Positions 17,083 to 26,675 of a stretch of 64,000 nucleotides of DNA are shown here, piece by piece (position 1 is the first letter of the stretch; every line of letters begins with the position of its first letter). The notes beneath the pieces were generated by a model that ran no database searches, was not told where the DNA came from, and was given only the letters and a program-made list of their open reading frames with translations. Source of the stretch: Candidatus Spongiisociaceae bacterium (GTDB lineage Bacteria > Actinomycetota > Acidimicrobiia > Spongiisociales > Spongiisociaceae). The position numbers and the translations under genes were made by a program. The DNA lies in the NCBI GenBank assembly GCA_965262915.1, contig OZ253564.1:4288001-4352000 (forward strand), read 5' to 3'.

Positions 17083-18759
17083 TCATCCTTCGGCTAGTTC
17101 CCTAGCCCTCCGGATCAGATCCTTCCTCACCACCGTCTCCCTCTCCTCGATCGCCTCGACCCACCGCATGTTCTGTATGATCTTGGCACCCATCTTGTAA
17201 TAGTGTGCCGACAACCGGGTACTGGCCGATCCACCGGGCACGTCCCGGGAAGCGAGCAGGGACTCCGCGTCGGGGACCGCCCCGAGCGCAGAGACCGACG
17301 GCGCTGGATCGATCCCGCACTCCCGGCATGCCCGCTCGAGATCACCGGTCTCCAGCCGCTCAGTTCCTGACTCGACCGCATTGGCCACCGCCCTGCCGAC
17401 GATCCGGTAGGCGCTCCGGTAGTCCAAATCGTGGTCGAGGACCAGACGCTCCGCCAAGTCGGTGGCGGTGGAGAAGTGGTCCCCTGCCGAAGCCGACAAT
17501 GCATTGGTGTCCACCTGCATGGTCTTCACAACATCGGCCGCCAGTGTTACGAGACGCGTCGCCAGCTGGACGGCACGGATGACCTCACCGCCCGCGTACA
17601 ACCAGTTGTCGGTCCGGGCGGAAGGGGTCCGCTGGGTGACCATCAGGCCGGTGGCCCGTCCGATCAGCGTCCCGCAACCTCCCCGTATGACCGCCAGGGC
17701 GTAAGGGTTACGCTTCTGGGGTAGCAGCACGGAGGCTCGTGATGACGAACCGCCCAACGTCACGTAGCCGAACTGGGGACTGCTGAAGATCTCCAAGTCC
17801 TCTGCGAGGCGATCGACGTTGAGGGCCGCCTGTACCGCAGCAATCGCGCAGTCGACAATGATGTCGGTCGACCACATCCCGTCGCGAATGTGGCCGGTCG
17901 GCTCCTCGAACCCCAGCCGAATGGCCATGCGCATCCGATCGACCGGTATCGACGTCCCGTCCACGCCGCCGGACCCGCCAGGGGACTTGTTCACACCCCG
18001 GTAGCAGTTGCGGATTCTTCGCATGTCCCGCACGGCCTGTTCGGCGAATCCGGCCAGGTAGTAGCCGAACGACGAGGGTTGGGCCGGTTGCAGGTACGTG
18101 GTGTCGTTCCACGGAACGGCGCCCAGTTCCTTCGCCCTGGTCGTCAGGCTCCTGGTCAGGTAGATCACCTCGCGCAACAGGGCGACCAGTTCCTCGCGCA
18201 GCCCGAGCCGGATCGCTATCCGTCCGGCCTCGCGCCTCGTGCGGCCGGCTGGAAACCATCCGGCGGTAGCGCCGAGGCGCCGTTCCAGTTCCCGCTCACG
18301 GCTGTTGTACGCATCCCCGTACACGGACTCGTATGGGAACAACTCGGGCGGGGTTGCGAGAAAGTCGAGGAGCTCACGACACAGCGGGGCCGCCACGCTT
18401 TCGGGAATCACCTGCGCTTCCAGGAGTTCCAGAACATGGGCAAGATCGGCAAAGCCCAGATTCACGTGCAGGATCGGCGCGTCGGACAACTCCATCCGGT
18501 ACCCGGCTTCGATCAGGTGAGCGGACGGACCCGATCCCACTCGCCCCTCCGATCCCAGATACCCCTCCGGAGCCTCTACGACACCACCCAGGGCACCACC
18601 AGCCAGGATGTCCTCGATGTCCCGTCCAAGCTCGTCCTCGGGTGTCGGAGAATCGACTCCAGGCGCCGGACCCGTTATGACCTCTCGAAGTTCCTCCAAA
18701 CGCTCGTGCAAACTCAAGAGGCGCTCGATGATCCGTTCCTTATCGTGCTCTTCCGTCAT
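17083..18759 (-). CDS. Argininosuccinate-lyase-like protein, XcbC-type CoM biosynthesis enzyme
   Basis: TTYLQPAQP (Tyr at the usual His), ASVLLPQKRNP, YRSAYRIVG; clustered with comA and EaCoMT. Confidence 0.8.
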   Translation of the reverse strand: MTEEHDKERIIERLLSLHERLEELREVITGPAPGVDSPTPEDELGRDIEDILAGGALGGVVEAPEGYLGSEGRVGSGPSAHLIEAGYRMELSDAPILHVNLGFADLAHVLELLEAQVIPESVAAPLCRELLDFLATPPELFPYESVYGDAYNSRERELERRLGATAGWFPAGRTRREAGRIAIRLGLREELVALLREVIYLTRSLTTRAKELGAVPWNDTTYLQPAQPSSFGYYLAGFAEQAVRDMRRIRNCYRGVNKSPGGSGGVDGTSIPVDRMRMAIRLGFEEPTGHIRDGMWSTDIIVDCAIAAVQAALNVDRLAEDLEIFSSPQFGYVTLGGSSSRASVLLPQKRNPYALAVIRGGCGTLIGRATGLMVTQRTPSARTDNWLYAGGEVIRAVQLATRLVTLAADVVKTMQVDTNALSASAGDHFSTATDLAERLVLDHDLDYRSAYRIVGRAVANAVESGTERLETGDLERACRECGIDPAPSVSALGAVPDAESLLASRDVPGGSASTRLSAHYYKMGAKIIQNMRWVEAIEERETVVRKDLIRRARELAEG

Positions 18760-19703
18760 GCAGCCGAACTCCCGCAGAACAGGTTCAAGGTTCCTCCGGT
18801 CACGAGAAACACGACCGGTTCGCGTACGTCACCTCTACGGCGTACCAACGCCGCCAGGGCCGGCGATCCGAACTCCGGATCGAGGAAAACCCCCTCGGTC
18901 CGAGCCATCAGGCCGGCGGCGTCCTCGACGCGAGCCTCGTCGGGATCCCGCCCGTCGAGCACCTCCCAGACAATCCCGTGACGCTTCCGGATCTTCATCA
19001 TATCCAAGGCTGCCTCCGAGATTTCGCCGATCCGGTACCGGCACTCGTCGACGGGGCGGTGGACGGAGACGCCGACGATGCGGGCATCGCAGGGCCGGCG
19101 CCGGTATCCGGCGACCAGACCTGCCTGGGTTCCGCACGACCCGGTGGCCAGCCAGATGGTGGGGTCGGTCACACCCACGGCGCGTAGTTGCCCTTCGAGT
19201 TCGTCTACCGCCGTGAGGTAGCCGAGCGCCCCAACCGGATCGGCGCCTCCCCGACCCACCACGTAGGGTCGCCGACCCTCTCTCCGTAGCCGCTCGGCCA
19301 CTGACTCGAGTACCGGATCCACCGATGGTCGGGCCGCATCACGGGTGAACTCGACGCGCACCGTTTCCAACCGATCCAGCAACTCCAGGCTCCCTTTTCC
19401 GACCGGCGGGCGGTCACCGAACATGACCAGCTCCACGGCCAACCCGCGGGCCGCCGCTCCCACCGCTGCGGTGAGCACCCAGTTGGATCTGGGGCCGCCA
19501 CCGGTCACGAACACATCAGCCCCGGCCGCTTCGGCCGCCCCCACATGGAACTCGACCGCCCGGGCCTTGTTGCCTCCGAGGCCTACACCGGTGAGGTCGT
19601 CGCGCTTGAGCAGGATCTCGATCCCGATCTCCTCGGATAGCCGCGGCGCGGGCACGAGGGGGGTCGGCAGGTTGGCGAGCGGCGTTCTGGCCGGAGCCCT
19701 CAA
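18756..19703 (-). CDS. PLP-dependent D-cysteine desulfhydrase/ACC deaminase-like protein, XcbE-type
   Basis: LPTPL, LKRDDLTGVGLGGNKAR, ATGSCGTQAGL, EGVFLDP; TTG start overlaps the upstream TGA. Confidence 0.82.
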   Translation of the reverse strand: MRAPARTPLANLPTPLVPAPRLSEEIGIEILLKRDDLTGVGLGGNKARAVEFHVGAAEAAGADVFVTGGGPRSNWVLTAAVGAAARGLAVELVMFGDRPPVGKGSLELLDRLETVRVEFTRDAARPSVDPVLESVAERLRREGRRPYVVGRGGADPVGALGYLTAVDELEGQLRAVGVTDPTIWLATGSCGTQAGLVAGYRRRPCDARIVGVSVHRPVDECRYRIGEISEAALDMMKIRKRHGIVWEVLDGRDPDEARVEDAAGLMARTEGVFLDPEFGSPALAALVRRRGDVREPVVFLVTGGTLNLFCGSSAA

Positions 19704-21046
19704 TCCGCCGCCCGCACGACCCGATCCACGAACTCGGGGCCGGCGCCCATCACACGACCGAGATCCGCCAGATCGTCGATCGCTCGCCGGTCCAGGTGGG
19801 CCGGTACGCGGGGATCGCTCAGGACGGCATCGGGGAATGTCATTCCCTCTTCCACCCCCCGCATGGCCGCCTCGTATACGATGTCGTGGGCCGTGTGCTT
19901 GCCCACCCGGTCGGCCAGTGCCCTCATCACCGGCTCGGCGAACACGAACCCTTGCCGGGCCTCGATGTTGGCCATCATCCGTTCGGCGTCCACCTCGAGA
20001 CCTTCCACCAGGACCGTCGCGTAGCGGGTGGCGGACAGCGTCATGGCACAGGCCTCCGGGATGGCTATCCACTCGGCCTTCCAGGACCGGCCGTCCCGCT
20101 CGTGGAGCTGGATCATCGCCTCGGTCACCACCGCGGCGTCGGCACGCACCAGGCGGCCCAGCGTGTCCAGGTGCTCGGACAGTTCCGGGTTGCGTTTTTG
20201 CGGCATGGTGATGCTTCCCACCGTCCCGTGGATGAACGGCTCCCGCACCTCGCCCAACTCCAGCCGCTGCAATTCCATGATCTCGTTGCCGATCTTGGCG
20301 ATGGTGGTGGCAACCATGGCCAGCAGGTTGGTGAACTCGGCCGGCCCGTCCCGGCTGGTGATCCACGGGATCGAGGGAACTCGCAACCCGATGCGGCGGG
20401 CGAATGCCTCCAGCAAGGGCAGTGCCCGGTCGCCCCAGAACTCCATCGTTCCGAGAGCGCCACCGAGTTGGACCACCTCCCAGCGACCCCGTCCGGCGGC
20501 CAGCCGCTGCCGGTGCCGACCGATCTCGGCCGCCCAGACGGCCACCTTGAACCCGAAGGGGATCGGGAGAGCGGGCTGGGCATGGGTACGGCCCATCATC
20601 GGCGTGGAGCGGTGCTCGCGGGCGAGCGAGAGCGCGGCCGCCTCGATCCGGGCCAGGTCCCGGTCGAGCAGATCGCCCACCGATCGCATGACAGTGGCGG
20701 TCCAGGTATCGGTCAGATCCTGCACCGTGGCGCCGTAATAGACCCATTCGCGAGCCGCCTCGGGAAGGGTGGCGCGCAGCACCCGGATCAGACCCAGGGT
20801 GGAGTGGCCGGTGGCCCGGGTCTCCGTGGCGACTCGCTCCAGATCGAGCTGAGCCTCGTCTGCGTAGACCCTGATGAATGCGGCGGCCTCGGTCGGCACC
20901 AGACCGACCTCCGCCTGGGCTTCCGCCAGGGTGGCGAGGATGTCCAGCCAGGCGCGGAACCGGGCTTCCTCGCCCAGGATCGAGCGGGCCTCCTCGGTCG
21001 CCCAGAGATGCCCGTAGACGACGGAATCCGAGAGGTGGATGCTCAT
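19700..21046 (-). CDS. Adenylosuccinate-lyase-like protein, XcbD-type CoM biosynthesis enzyme
   Basis: YYGATVQD, GRTHAQPA, GSITMPQKRNP, HERDGRSWK; operon context. Confidence 0.82.
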   Translation of the reverse strand: MSIHLSDSVVYGHLWATEEARSILGEEARFRAWLDILATLAEAQAEVGLVPTEAAAFIRVYADEAQLDLERVATETRATGHSTLGLIRVLRATLPEAAREWVYYGATVQDLTDTWTATVMRSVGDLLDRDLARIEAAALSLAREHRSTPMMGRTHAQPALPIPFGFKVAVWAAEIGRHRQRLAAGRGRWEVVQLGGALGTMEFWGDRALPLLEAFARRIGLRVPSIPWITSRDGPAEFTNLLAMVATTIAKIGNEIMELQRLELGEVREPFIHGTVGSITMPQKRNPELSEHLDTLGRLVRADAAVVTEAMIQLHERDGRSWKAEWIAIPEACAMTLSATRYATVLVEGLEVDAERMMANIEARQGFVFAEPVMRALADRVGKHTAHDIVYEAAMRGVEEGMTFPDAVLSDPRVPAHLDRRAIDDLADLGRVMGAGPEFVDRVVRAAD

Positions 21047-21954
21047 CCGGGTACGGGTACCGCCGCGTCCACCCCGGTCAGCAACCTAAGAACGTGCCTC
21101 ACCTCATCCAGATTGGCCCCCCAGGGTACGACCGCGCGGCCTTCCGAGAACTCCATACCGCGCTCGAGCATGCAGCACTTGATGAGCCACCGCCCTTCCG
21201 GATCGGCTTCCTCGACCCGCTTGCGGGGGCATATGTCGACCTGGGCGGGCTCGTCCCCGTAGAAGTGGCGGTGGAACTGCATCGACCGCTCGCAACCGAT
21301 CATGACCCATTCATCCCGTACGGCCGGGCGGGTATCGAGGTATGACATCTCGCCGGCCAGTTCGGTCCCGGCGCCCCGGCAGGGAAGCAGGTAGGAATCG
21401 GCGGGAACCGTGGCGGCCAGATCGGGAAAGGTGACCGCGTCGAGAACCAACTCGACCGGCGGCAGATCCTCGTCGAAGTCGACCACCTGCTGAGCCTGGC
21501 GGAGGAGCTTGGGCGGTTCGGGGGGTGTGACCTCCGTCACGAAGACCCGAAGGGGGTCGGGCTCCCAGATGAAGTTGATGTGCTCGAACATGCCCTTTAC
21601 CACGAAGCCCGAGATACCGGGACGCCCGTAGCGATCTGCTGCCCTCGCCAGCGCGGAGGCGTTCCCCACGTCCACGGTCGCGTCTTCGATCAGCATCGTG
21701 CGGTCCGGACCGGACCAGATCTCGACCTCTACCACCGGCTCGAACAGCTCGCCGTTCTCCTGGCGAGCCACTGCAGCCAACCCGACAGATCCATCGTGGA
21801 TGAGTGCAAGGTAATCCGTTCGCCGGTACACCTCCCGGCCCATCAGGTAATCCCGCATGAACTCCGGCTCGGGAACTTCGTCAACATGCTGAACCGAGAG
21901 TCCCCGGTACGGGTGGGCACGGGCGTTCGGCGTCGGTTTATCAGCTACCGGCAT
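21043..21954 (-). CDS. Cys-rich hypothetical protein in the CoM operon
   Basis: Well-formed 303-aa ORF, ATGA-coupled to the lyase; LLPCRG, IGCERS, DICPR, KCCMLE. Confidence 0.75.
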   Translation of the reverse strand: MPVADKPTPNARAHPYRGLSVQHVDEVPEPEFMRDYLMGREVYRRTDYLALIHDGSVGLAAVARQENGELFEPVVEVEIWSGPDRTMLIEDATVDVGNASALARAADRYGRPGISGFVVKGMFEHINFIWEPDPLRVFVTEVTPPEPPKLLRQAQQVVDFDEDLPPVELVLDAVTFPDLAATVPADSYLLPCRGAGTELAGEMSYLDTRPAVRDEWVMIGCERSMQFHRHFYGDEPAQVDICPRKRVEEADPEGRWLIKCCMLERGMEFSEGRAVVPWGANLDEVRHVLRLLTGVDAAVPVPG

Positions 21955-22007
21955 GGCACCCCCAATCCGGCACGCGGCGTGCCTATGGCGATTCTACTTG
22001 TAAACGA

Positions 22008-22039
22008 GCAGGGCCGCCCCGGATTCGGGACGGCCCTGC
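22008..22039 (-). terminator. Hairpin downstream of EaCoMT (terminator or mRNA stabiliser)
   Basis: gcagggccg...cggccctgc 9-bp perfect outer stem, followed on the minus strand by tcgttt. Confidence 0.6.
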
Positions 22040-22051
22040 GGAACAAGGGTT

Positions 22052-23158
22052 TCAGCCGAGTTCGCTGCGAACGATCTCCGCCCCGGACACCATCGCGTGG
22101 AGCTTGTCCTGCGCGATGTACCGCTGCAGAAGGATAAGACCACAGTCGGTGGTCACGCCCAACTGGTCGGCGGGCACGTACTCGAGGAGCCGGCGGATAC
22201 GACCGGCCACCTGCTCGGCTGTCTCGGTGATGGTCGACTTGACGTCGATCACGCCGGCCCAGAACTGGATGTTCTCCGGCACCGGATGGTTCTTCACCAC
22301 GTCGAGACCCGACAGGTCGTCGGAACGCCTACCGCAGTTCTCGAGGTTGAGAACGTCGATGTTCGCGTCGTAGGACGCCGGGATCACCGAAGCAGTGGCC
22401 GACGGTTCGGCCCCCTCACGGATGGTCAGGTCGAAGATCTCGCCCGCTCCCGCCGTATCGTCGGGGAAGTAGGCGGGGGTTCCGCCCCAGTTACCCCAGC
22501 AGATGTGGACGATGATCTTGGCGTTCTGGACACCTGCCACCGCCCGGTTGAATGCTTCGATGGCCCATGGTTCGTAGAAGTAGGGCCAGGTGAACTCGTC
22601 CAACTGGATGAAGTCGATTCCGAGCGCATCTACTTCGAGGATGTCCTCGTTGACCGCATCGGCGATCGCCATGGCCCGGTCCTCGGCGGCCTCGTAGTGG
22701 AGGTCGTTGCTCGCCTGGGCCAGAACCTGGATCCCTGTGTACTGCACCTTGGTTGCCTTGTTGGTGGCCCGCTTCAGAGCCTTGGCCTGCTCCACCATGA
22801 TGGCGCCCCGCCGCTCGACCTCCTGGGTCAGGGTTCCGGCGTGGAGGCGGCTGTAGATCGGGAATCCGAGGTAACCACCCCTGAGGTCGTAGCCGAGACG
22901 CTTGTAGTAGTAGTAGAGGGCCTGGTCGGCGTAGTTGTCGCCGTGGAGCCGGCCGTCGGTGATGATGTCGAGCCCGGCGTTCTCCTGATCCGTTGCCAGC
23001 GCCGCCGCCGCGTCTTCCAGGGCCTCCCTTATGAAGGCGTCGGGCGGCTCCTGGTCCCCGGTCCATTCCCGGACACACTGGGCGTCCCACCAGCGTGGAT
23101 TCGGATAGTTGCCCACCATAGAGGTCGGTATCAGTACTTCTTCACCCCTGATCTGCAT
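22052..23158 (-). CDS. etnE: Epoxyalkane:coenzyme M transferase (EaCoMT; MetE-like Zn thiol alkyltransferase)
   Basis: MVGNYPNPRWW, DGRLHGDNYADQALYYY, GFPIYSRLHAG, Zn ligands HICWGN and TTDCG; resembles actinobacterial EtnE; GGAGGAG RBS. Confidence 0.9.
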   Translation of the reverse strand: MQIRGEEVLIPTSMVGNYPNPRWWDAQCVREWTGDQEPPDAFIREALEDAAAALATDQENAGLDIITDGRLHGDNYADQALYYYYKRLGYDLRGGYLGFPIYSRLHAGTLTQEVERRGAIMVEQAKALKRATNKATKVQYTGIQVLAQASNDLHYEAAEDRAMAIADAVNEDILEVDALGIDFIQLDEFTWPYFYEPWAIEAFNRAVAGVQNAKIIVHICWGNWGGTPAYFPDDTAGAGEIFDLTIREGAEPSATASVIPASYDANIDVLNLENCGRRSDDLSGLDVVKNHPVPENIQFWAGVIDVKSTITETAEQVAGRIRRLLEYVPADQLGVTTDCGLILLQRYIAQDKLHAMVSGAEIVRSELG

Positions 23159-23372
23159 AACTCCTCCATATCTCGCGACGAGCGTTCGAGCCGGCCACAG
23201 CGGCCGGCCAGCGTGTGTTGACTACCTCCTCACCTGGGCTCGCATCGTATCGCGCTCGGGCGCCGTCGGCGTAGTCAGCGTACCAAACCAGGAAGCCGCC
23301 TTACTCGGAGGATCTCACCGGGAACGCCGCTGCATCCGGGCCGGGCGCCGTCGCGTCGTCCGGCCCCTCCTG

Positions 23373-24113
23373 TCAGCGGAGCGTCCACCCGCCGTCCACC
23401 ACGAGGCCATGCCCGGTCATGTACGAGAGGCGATCAGAGGCCAGAAGGGCGATGGCTTCGGCGATGTCCTCGGGCTGGGCGACCCTTCCGACAGGGATCC
23501 GAGCTTCCACGGCAGCTCGCAGGTCGGGCTGGTCGAGTCGCCACTTCGTCATCGGGGTCTCCACCATGCCCGGACACACCGCGTTGGATCGGATGCCGTC
23601 GACGGCATAGTCGGCGGCGATGGACCGAGCGAGAAGTAGAGCGGCCGCCTTCGACACCGAGTAGACGGCCCGAGCGGGGAAGGGGTCCATGCCCGCTACG
23701 GAAGCCACCGTGATGATGTGACCCGACCGGCGGGGAAGCATCGAGTTCAGGGCAGCCCGGGAGCACAGGTACACCCCCCTCACGTTGACCGCCATGACCC
23801 GGTCCCATTCGTCGAGGGGGGTCTCGTGGAGCCGGGCCGCGGCGACCGAGCCCGTGATCCCTGCGTTGTTGACCAGCACGTCGACCGGACCCAGAACCTC
23901 CTCGACGGTGGCGAAGGCTCCCGGCACCGCGGCCGGATCGGATACGTCCACTCCGAGACCGATGCCTCCCGCGGCGGCTTCGGAGGCGGTATCGGTATCG
24001 AGGTCCAGAACCGCGAGCCGGAATCCCTCCTGGCGGAGGCGAGCACAGGTCGCCCGACCGATTCCGGACCCGCCTCCGGTCACCACCGCCACCCTGCCGG
24101 GACTGCTGGACAT
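23373..24113 (-). CDS. xecD: 2-(R)-hydroxypropyl-CoM dehydrogenase (SDR)
   Basis: NNAGITGS, FPARAVYSVSK, CPGMVETPMTKWRLDQPDLR closely parallel Xanthobacter R-HPCDH as recalled, including both sulfonate-binding Arg. Confidence 0.85.
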   Translation of the reverse strand: MSSSPGRVAVVTGGGSGIGRATCARLRQEGFRLAVLDLDTDTASEAAAGGIGLGVDVSDPAAVPGAFATVEEVLGPVDVLVNNAGITGSVAAARLHETPLDEWDRVMAVNVRGVYLCSRAALNSMLPRRSGHIITVASVAGMDPFPARAVYSVSKAAALLLARSIAADYAVDGIRSNAVCPGMVETPMTKWRLDQPDLRAAVEARIPVGRVAQPEDIAEAIALLASDRLSYMTGHGLVVDGGWTLR

Positions 24114-24182
24114 CCGCACCTCCATTCTCGAAACGACCCCAGACTATGCCTCGTGGCGAAGACAGCCTAGGATCAGCCCGTC

Positions 24183-24950
24183 ATGAGGCTGGCAGGACGC
24201 GGAGCACTGATCACGGGGGCCGGATCGGGCATCGGCCGGGCAGCTGCCGAGTTGTTCGCTGCCGAAGGCGCCGCCGTCGCCGTGCTTGATCTGGATCCGG
24301 TAGCAGCCGCGTTAGTCGCATCCGACATTGTGACATCCGGCGGAGTGGCCCATCCGATCGTCGCTGATGTGTCCGCAGCCGAAGAGGTATCGGGCGCGGT
24401 GGACCTGGCCATCCGGCGACTCGGCCGGCTCGACATCGTCTACAACAATGCCGGCGTCAACTCGAACGGTTCCGTGGTCGACGCCACCGAGGAGGACTGG
24501 GACCGGTGCTTCGACGTCAACGTGAAAGGGATCTTCCTGGTCTCTAGGGCCGCCGTTCCGCATCTGGAGGCTGCCGGGGGCGGGTCGGTAGTGAACCAGG
24601 CGTCGGTGGCGGCCCTGGTCGGTGTGCGGGGAATAGCCGCCTACTGCGCGGCGAAGGGCGCGGTGGTGGCCCTGACCCGGTCCATGGCATTGGATCTCGC
24701 CCCTGCGGGAATCCGGGTGAACGCCCTCTGCCCCGGAACCGTCTACACCCCGCTCATGGAGCCCCTCATGCTTGAGCGTGGCCAGGGCGACATCGAACTC
24801 GGATTGGCCAGGACCGCCACCAAGTACCCCATCGGCCGCATCGGCGAGCCGTCCGAGATCGCCCGGGCAGCGCTCTTCCTGGCATCCGACGAGTCCACCT
24901 TCGTCACCGGTTCGGTCTTCACGGTCGACGGTGGCATGACCGCCCAGTAG
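24183..24950 (+). CDS. SDR, probable 2-(S)-hydroxypropyl-CoM dehydrogenase (XecE-like)
   Basis: TGAGSGIG, AAYCAAKG, CPGTV, ARTATKYPIGR, VDGGMTA resemble S-HPCDH as recalled; SDR call is firm, specificity is inferred. Confidence 0.7.
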   Translation: MRLAGRGALITGAGSGIGRAAAELFAAEGAAVAVLDLDPVAAALVASDIVTSGGVAHPIVADVSAAEEVSGAVDLAIRRLGRLDIVYNNAGVNSNGSVVDATEEDWDRCFDVNVKGIFLVSRAAVPHLEAAGGGSVVNQASVAALVGVRGIAAYCAAKGAVVALTRSMALDLAPAGIRVNALCPGTVYTPLMEPLMLERGQGDIELGLARTATKYPIGRIGEPSEIARAALFLASDESTFVTGSVFTVDGGMTAQ

Positions 24951-24954
24951 TCCT

Positions 24955-25869
24955 ATGGGCGTACACCTCGCACCGGACAAGCACACCGACCTGGAGACAG
25001 CCGCGGGGTTGGTCAGCCCGGGATCGATGGTGGCCCTCGGCGGCGGGCTCTCCGCCCGGCTTCCGATGGCCCTCGTGCGCCAGTTGATCCGAGCGGGAGT
25101 AGGAGATCTCCACGTGGTGGGGTCGGCTCACTCGATCGATGTGGACCTGCTGGCTGCGGCCGGCTTGATAGCAATCTGCGAGGAGAGCTACGTCGGCTAC
25201 GAACAGGACCATGGCCTGGCGCCCGCCTTCCGGAGAGCTGCCCAGGAAGGATCCCTGGAAGCACGCGAGAGCTGCTGCGACACGATCCTCACCCAGTTGC
25301 GGGCGGCAGAGATGGCTCTTCCGTTCCTACCCGTCCACGGAGTGAAGGGCACCGACATTGAGGCCCTACACCCCGAATACAGTCGGGTGACCTGCCCGTT
25401 CACGGGTGAGTCGTTCGTAGCGGTGCCGCCGATGGCTCCGGATGTGGCCCTCATCCACGCCCCGCTCGGCGACCGGGACGGCAACCTGGCTATGGAACAG
25501 CCATACGTTCTCGACGAACGTTTCGCTCTGGCCTCGGAGATGGTGATCGCGACGGTCGACCGGATCGCACCGACCGAAGAGGTCGCCGAAGCCGGCATCG
25601 TCATTCCCTTCTACCGGGTGGCGGCGCTGGCGGAGGTTCCGTTCGGCGCCCATCCGAGTTCCTGCTATCCCGGATACGCGTACGACCGCCGGCACATCGC
25701 TGCCTGGGTAGCGGCCGCGAAGACCGATTCGGGCGCCGATGAGTACCTGCGAACCTTCGTAACCGAGATCGACGAGGACGAATACCGGGACCTGGTGGGA
25801 TCCGATCGCTTGGAGAGGCTGAGCGGCTACTCGTCCTCCACCGCTGACTGGATGGAGCTGTTCGGGTGA
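24955..25869 (+). CDS. CoA-transferase subunit A (GctA-like)
   Basis: VALGGG...PMALVRQLIR, LPFLPVHGVKGTD, PDVALIHA, PFGAHPSSC. Confidence 0.88.
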   Translation: MGVHLAPDKHTDLETAAGLVSPGSMVALGGGLSARLPMALVRQLIRAGVGDLHVVGSAHSIDVDLLAAAGLIAICEESYVGYEQDHGLAPAFRRAAQEGSLEARESCCDTILTQLRAAEMALPFLPVHGVKGTDIEALHPEYSRVTCPFTGESFVAVPPMAPDVALIHAPLGDRDGNLAMEQPYVLDERFALASEMVIATVDRIAPTEEVAEAGIVIPFYRVAALAEVPFGAHPSSCYPGYAYDRRHIAAWVAAAKTDSGADEYLRTFVTEIDEDEYRDLVGSDRLERLSGYSSSTADWMELFG

Positions 25870-26675
25870 GCCACCGGTATAGCTTCGACGAGTTCTTCGT
25901 GGTGGCACTGGCCAGGACCATCCGAGACCGGGAAGTCACCTTCCACGGTTTCGCGAGTCCATGCGCCACGGTGGCCATGCACCTGGCCAAGCGCACCCAC
26001 GCTCCTTCGGCTCTGCTGATCGAAGGGGCCATGTACGCGGTGAACCCGTATCCGGCCTTCATTCCCCCGACCAGCAGCGACCACTCCCTCAAGCAGGGCG
26101 CCGTCTACTCGATGCGGTTCGAGGAGGCCTTCGACATGTCGGTACGGGGCGAGGTCGACAACATGTTCCTGTCCGGCATCCAGATCGACCCCTACGGCAA
26201 CACCAACGTCACCGCGATCGGACGGATGCCTGCCCCCAAGGTGAAGCTCGGCGGAGGGGGCGGCGGCTGCAACATCTCGGCGACCATCCGGCGCCTGACC
26301 CTGTGGACCACCAACCACCGAAGCGGACGGTGCCTGGTGGAAGCATGTGACTTCATAACCGACATCGGCCACCGGACACCCGAAGGGACGAGAGCCGACC
26401 TCGGCTACCCGGGGGGCGGACCCGAGACGCTGATCACCGAGCTGGGGGTGTTCGACTTCCCCGACGGTCGCGCCCGGCTCCGGAAGCGGTTTCCCGATGT
26501 CGCGTTGGATGACATATCGGCGGCCACCGGCTTCAGGTTTGCCGTAGCCTCCGATCTCGACGTGGTGGACGCACCGAGCCGGGAACAGATCGAACTCGTG
26601 CGGACCATCGACCCGCTAGGCGTACGCCGGAGCGAGTTCCGGCCCTCCGAATTGGAGCGGCACTTCCGAACATGA
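25866..26675 (+). CDS. CoA-transferase subunit B (GctB-like)
   Basis: FLSGIQIDPYGNTN, LGGGGG, DFITDIG, ITELGVFDF; GTGA overlap. Confidence 0.88.
   Translation: MSHRYSFDEFFVVALARTIRDREVTFHGFASPCATVAMHLAKRTHAPSALLIEGAMYAVNPYPAFIPPTSSDHSLKQGAVYSMRFEEAFDMSVRGEVDNMFLSGIQIDPYGNTNVTAIGRMPAPKVKLGGGGGGCNISATIRRLTLWTTNHRSGRCLVEACDFITDIGHRTPEGTRADLGYPGGGPETLITELGVFDFPDGRARLRKRFPDVALDDISAATGFRFAVASDLDVVDAPSREQIELVRTIDPLGVRRSEFRPSELERHFRT

Noticed and set aside
18756-20747. 663-aa fusion ORF
   Set aside because: The upstream half is an off-frame shadow of the ADSL-like gene; the PLP enzyme starts at 19703.
17083-21046. Housekeeping argH and purB
   Set aside because: Divergent signatures (TYLQ, ASVLLPQK) and clustering with comA and the PLP enzyme fit CoM biosynthesis; no arg or pur genes nearby.
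22052-23158. Cobalamin-independent methionine synthase
   Set aside because: Same fold, but the motifs and the xecC/xecD/comA context fit EaCoMT.
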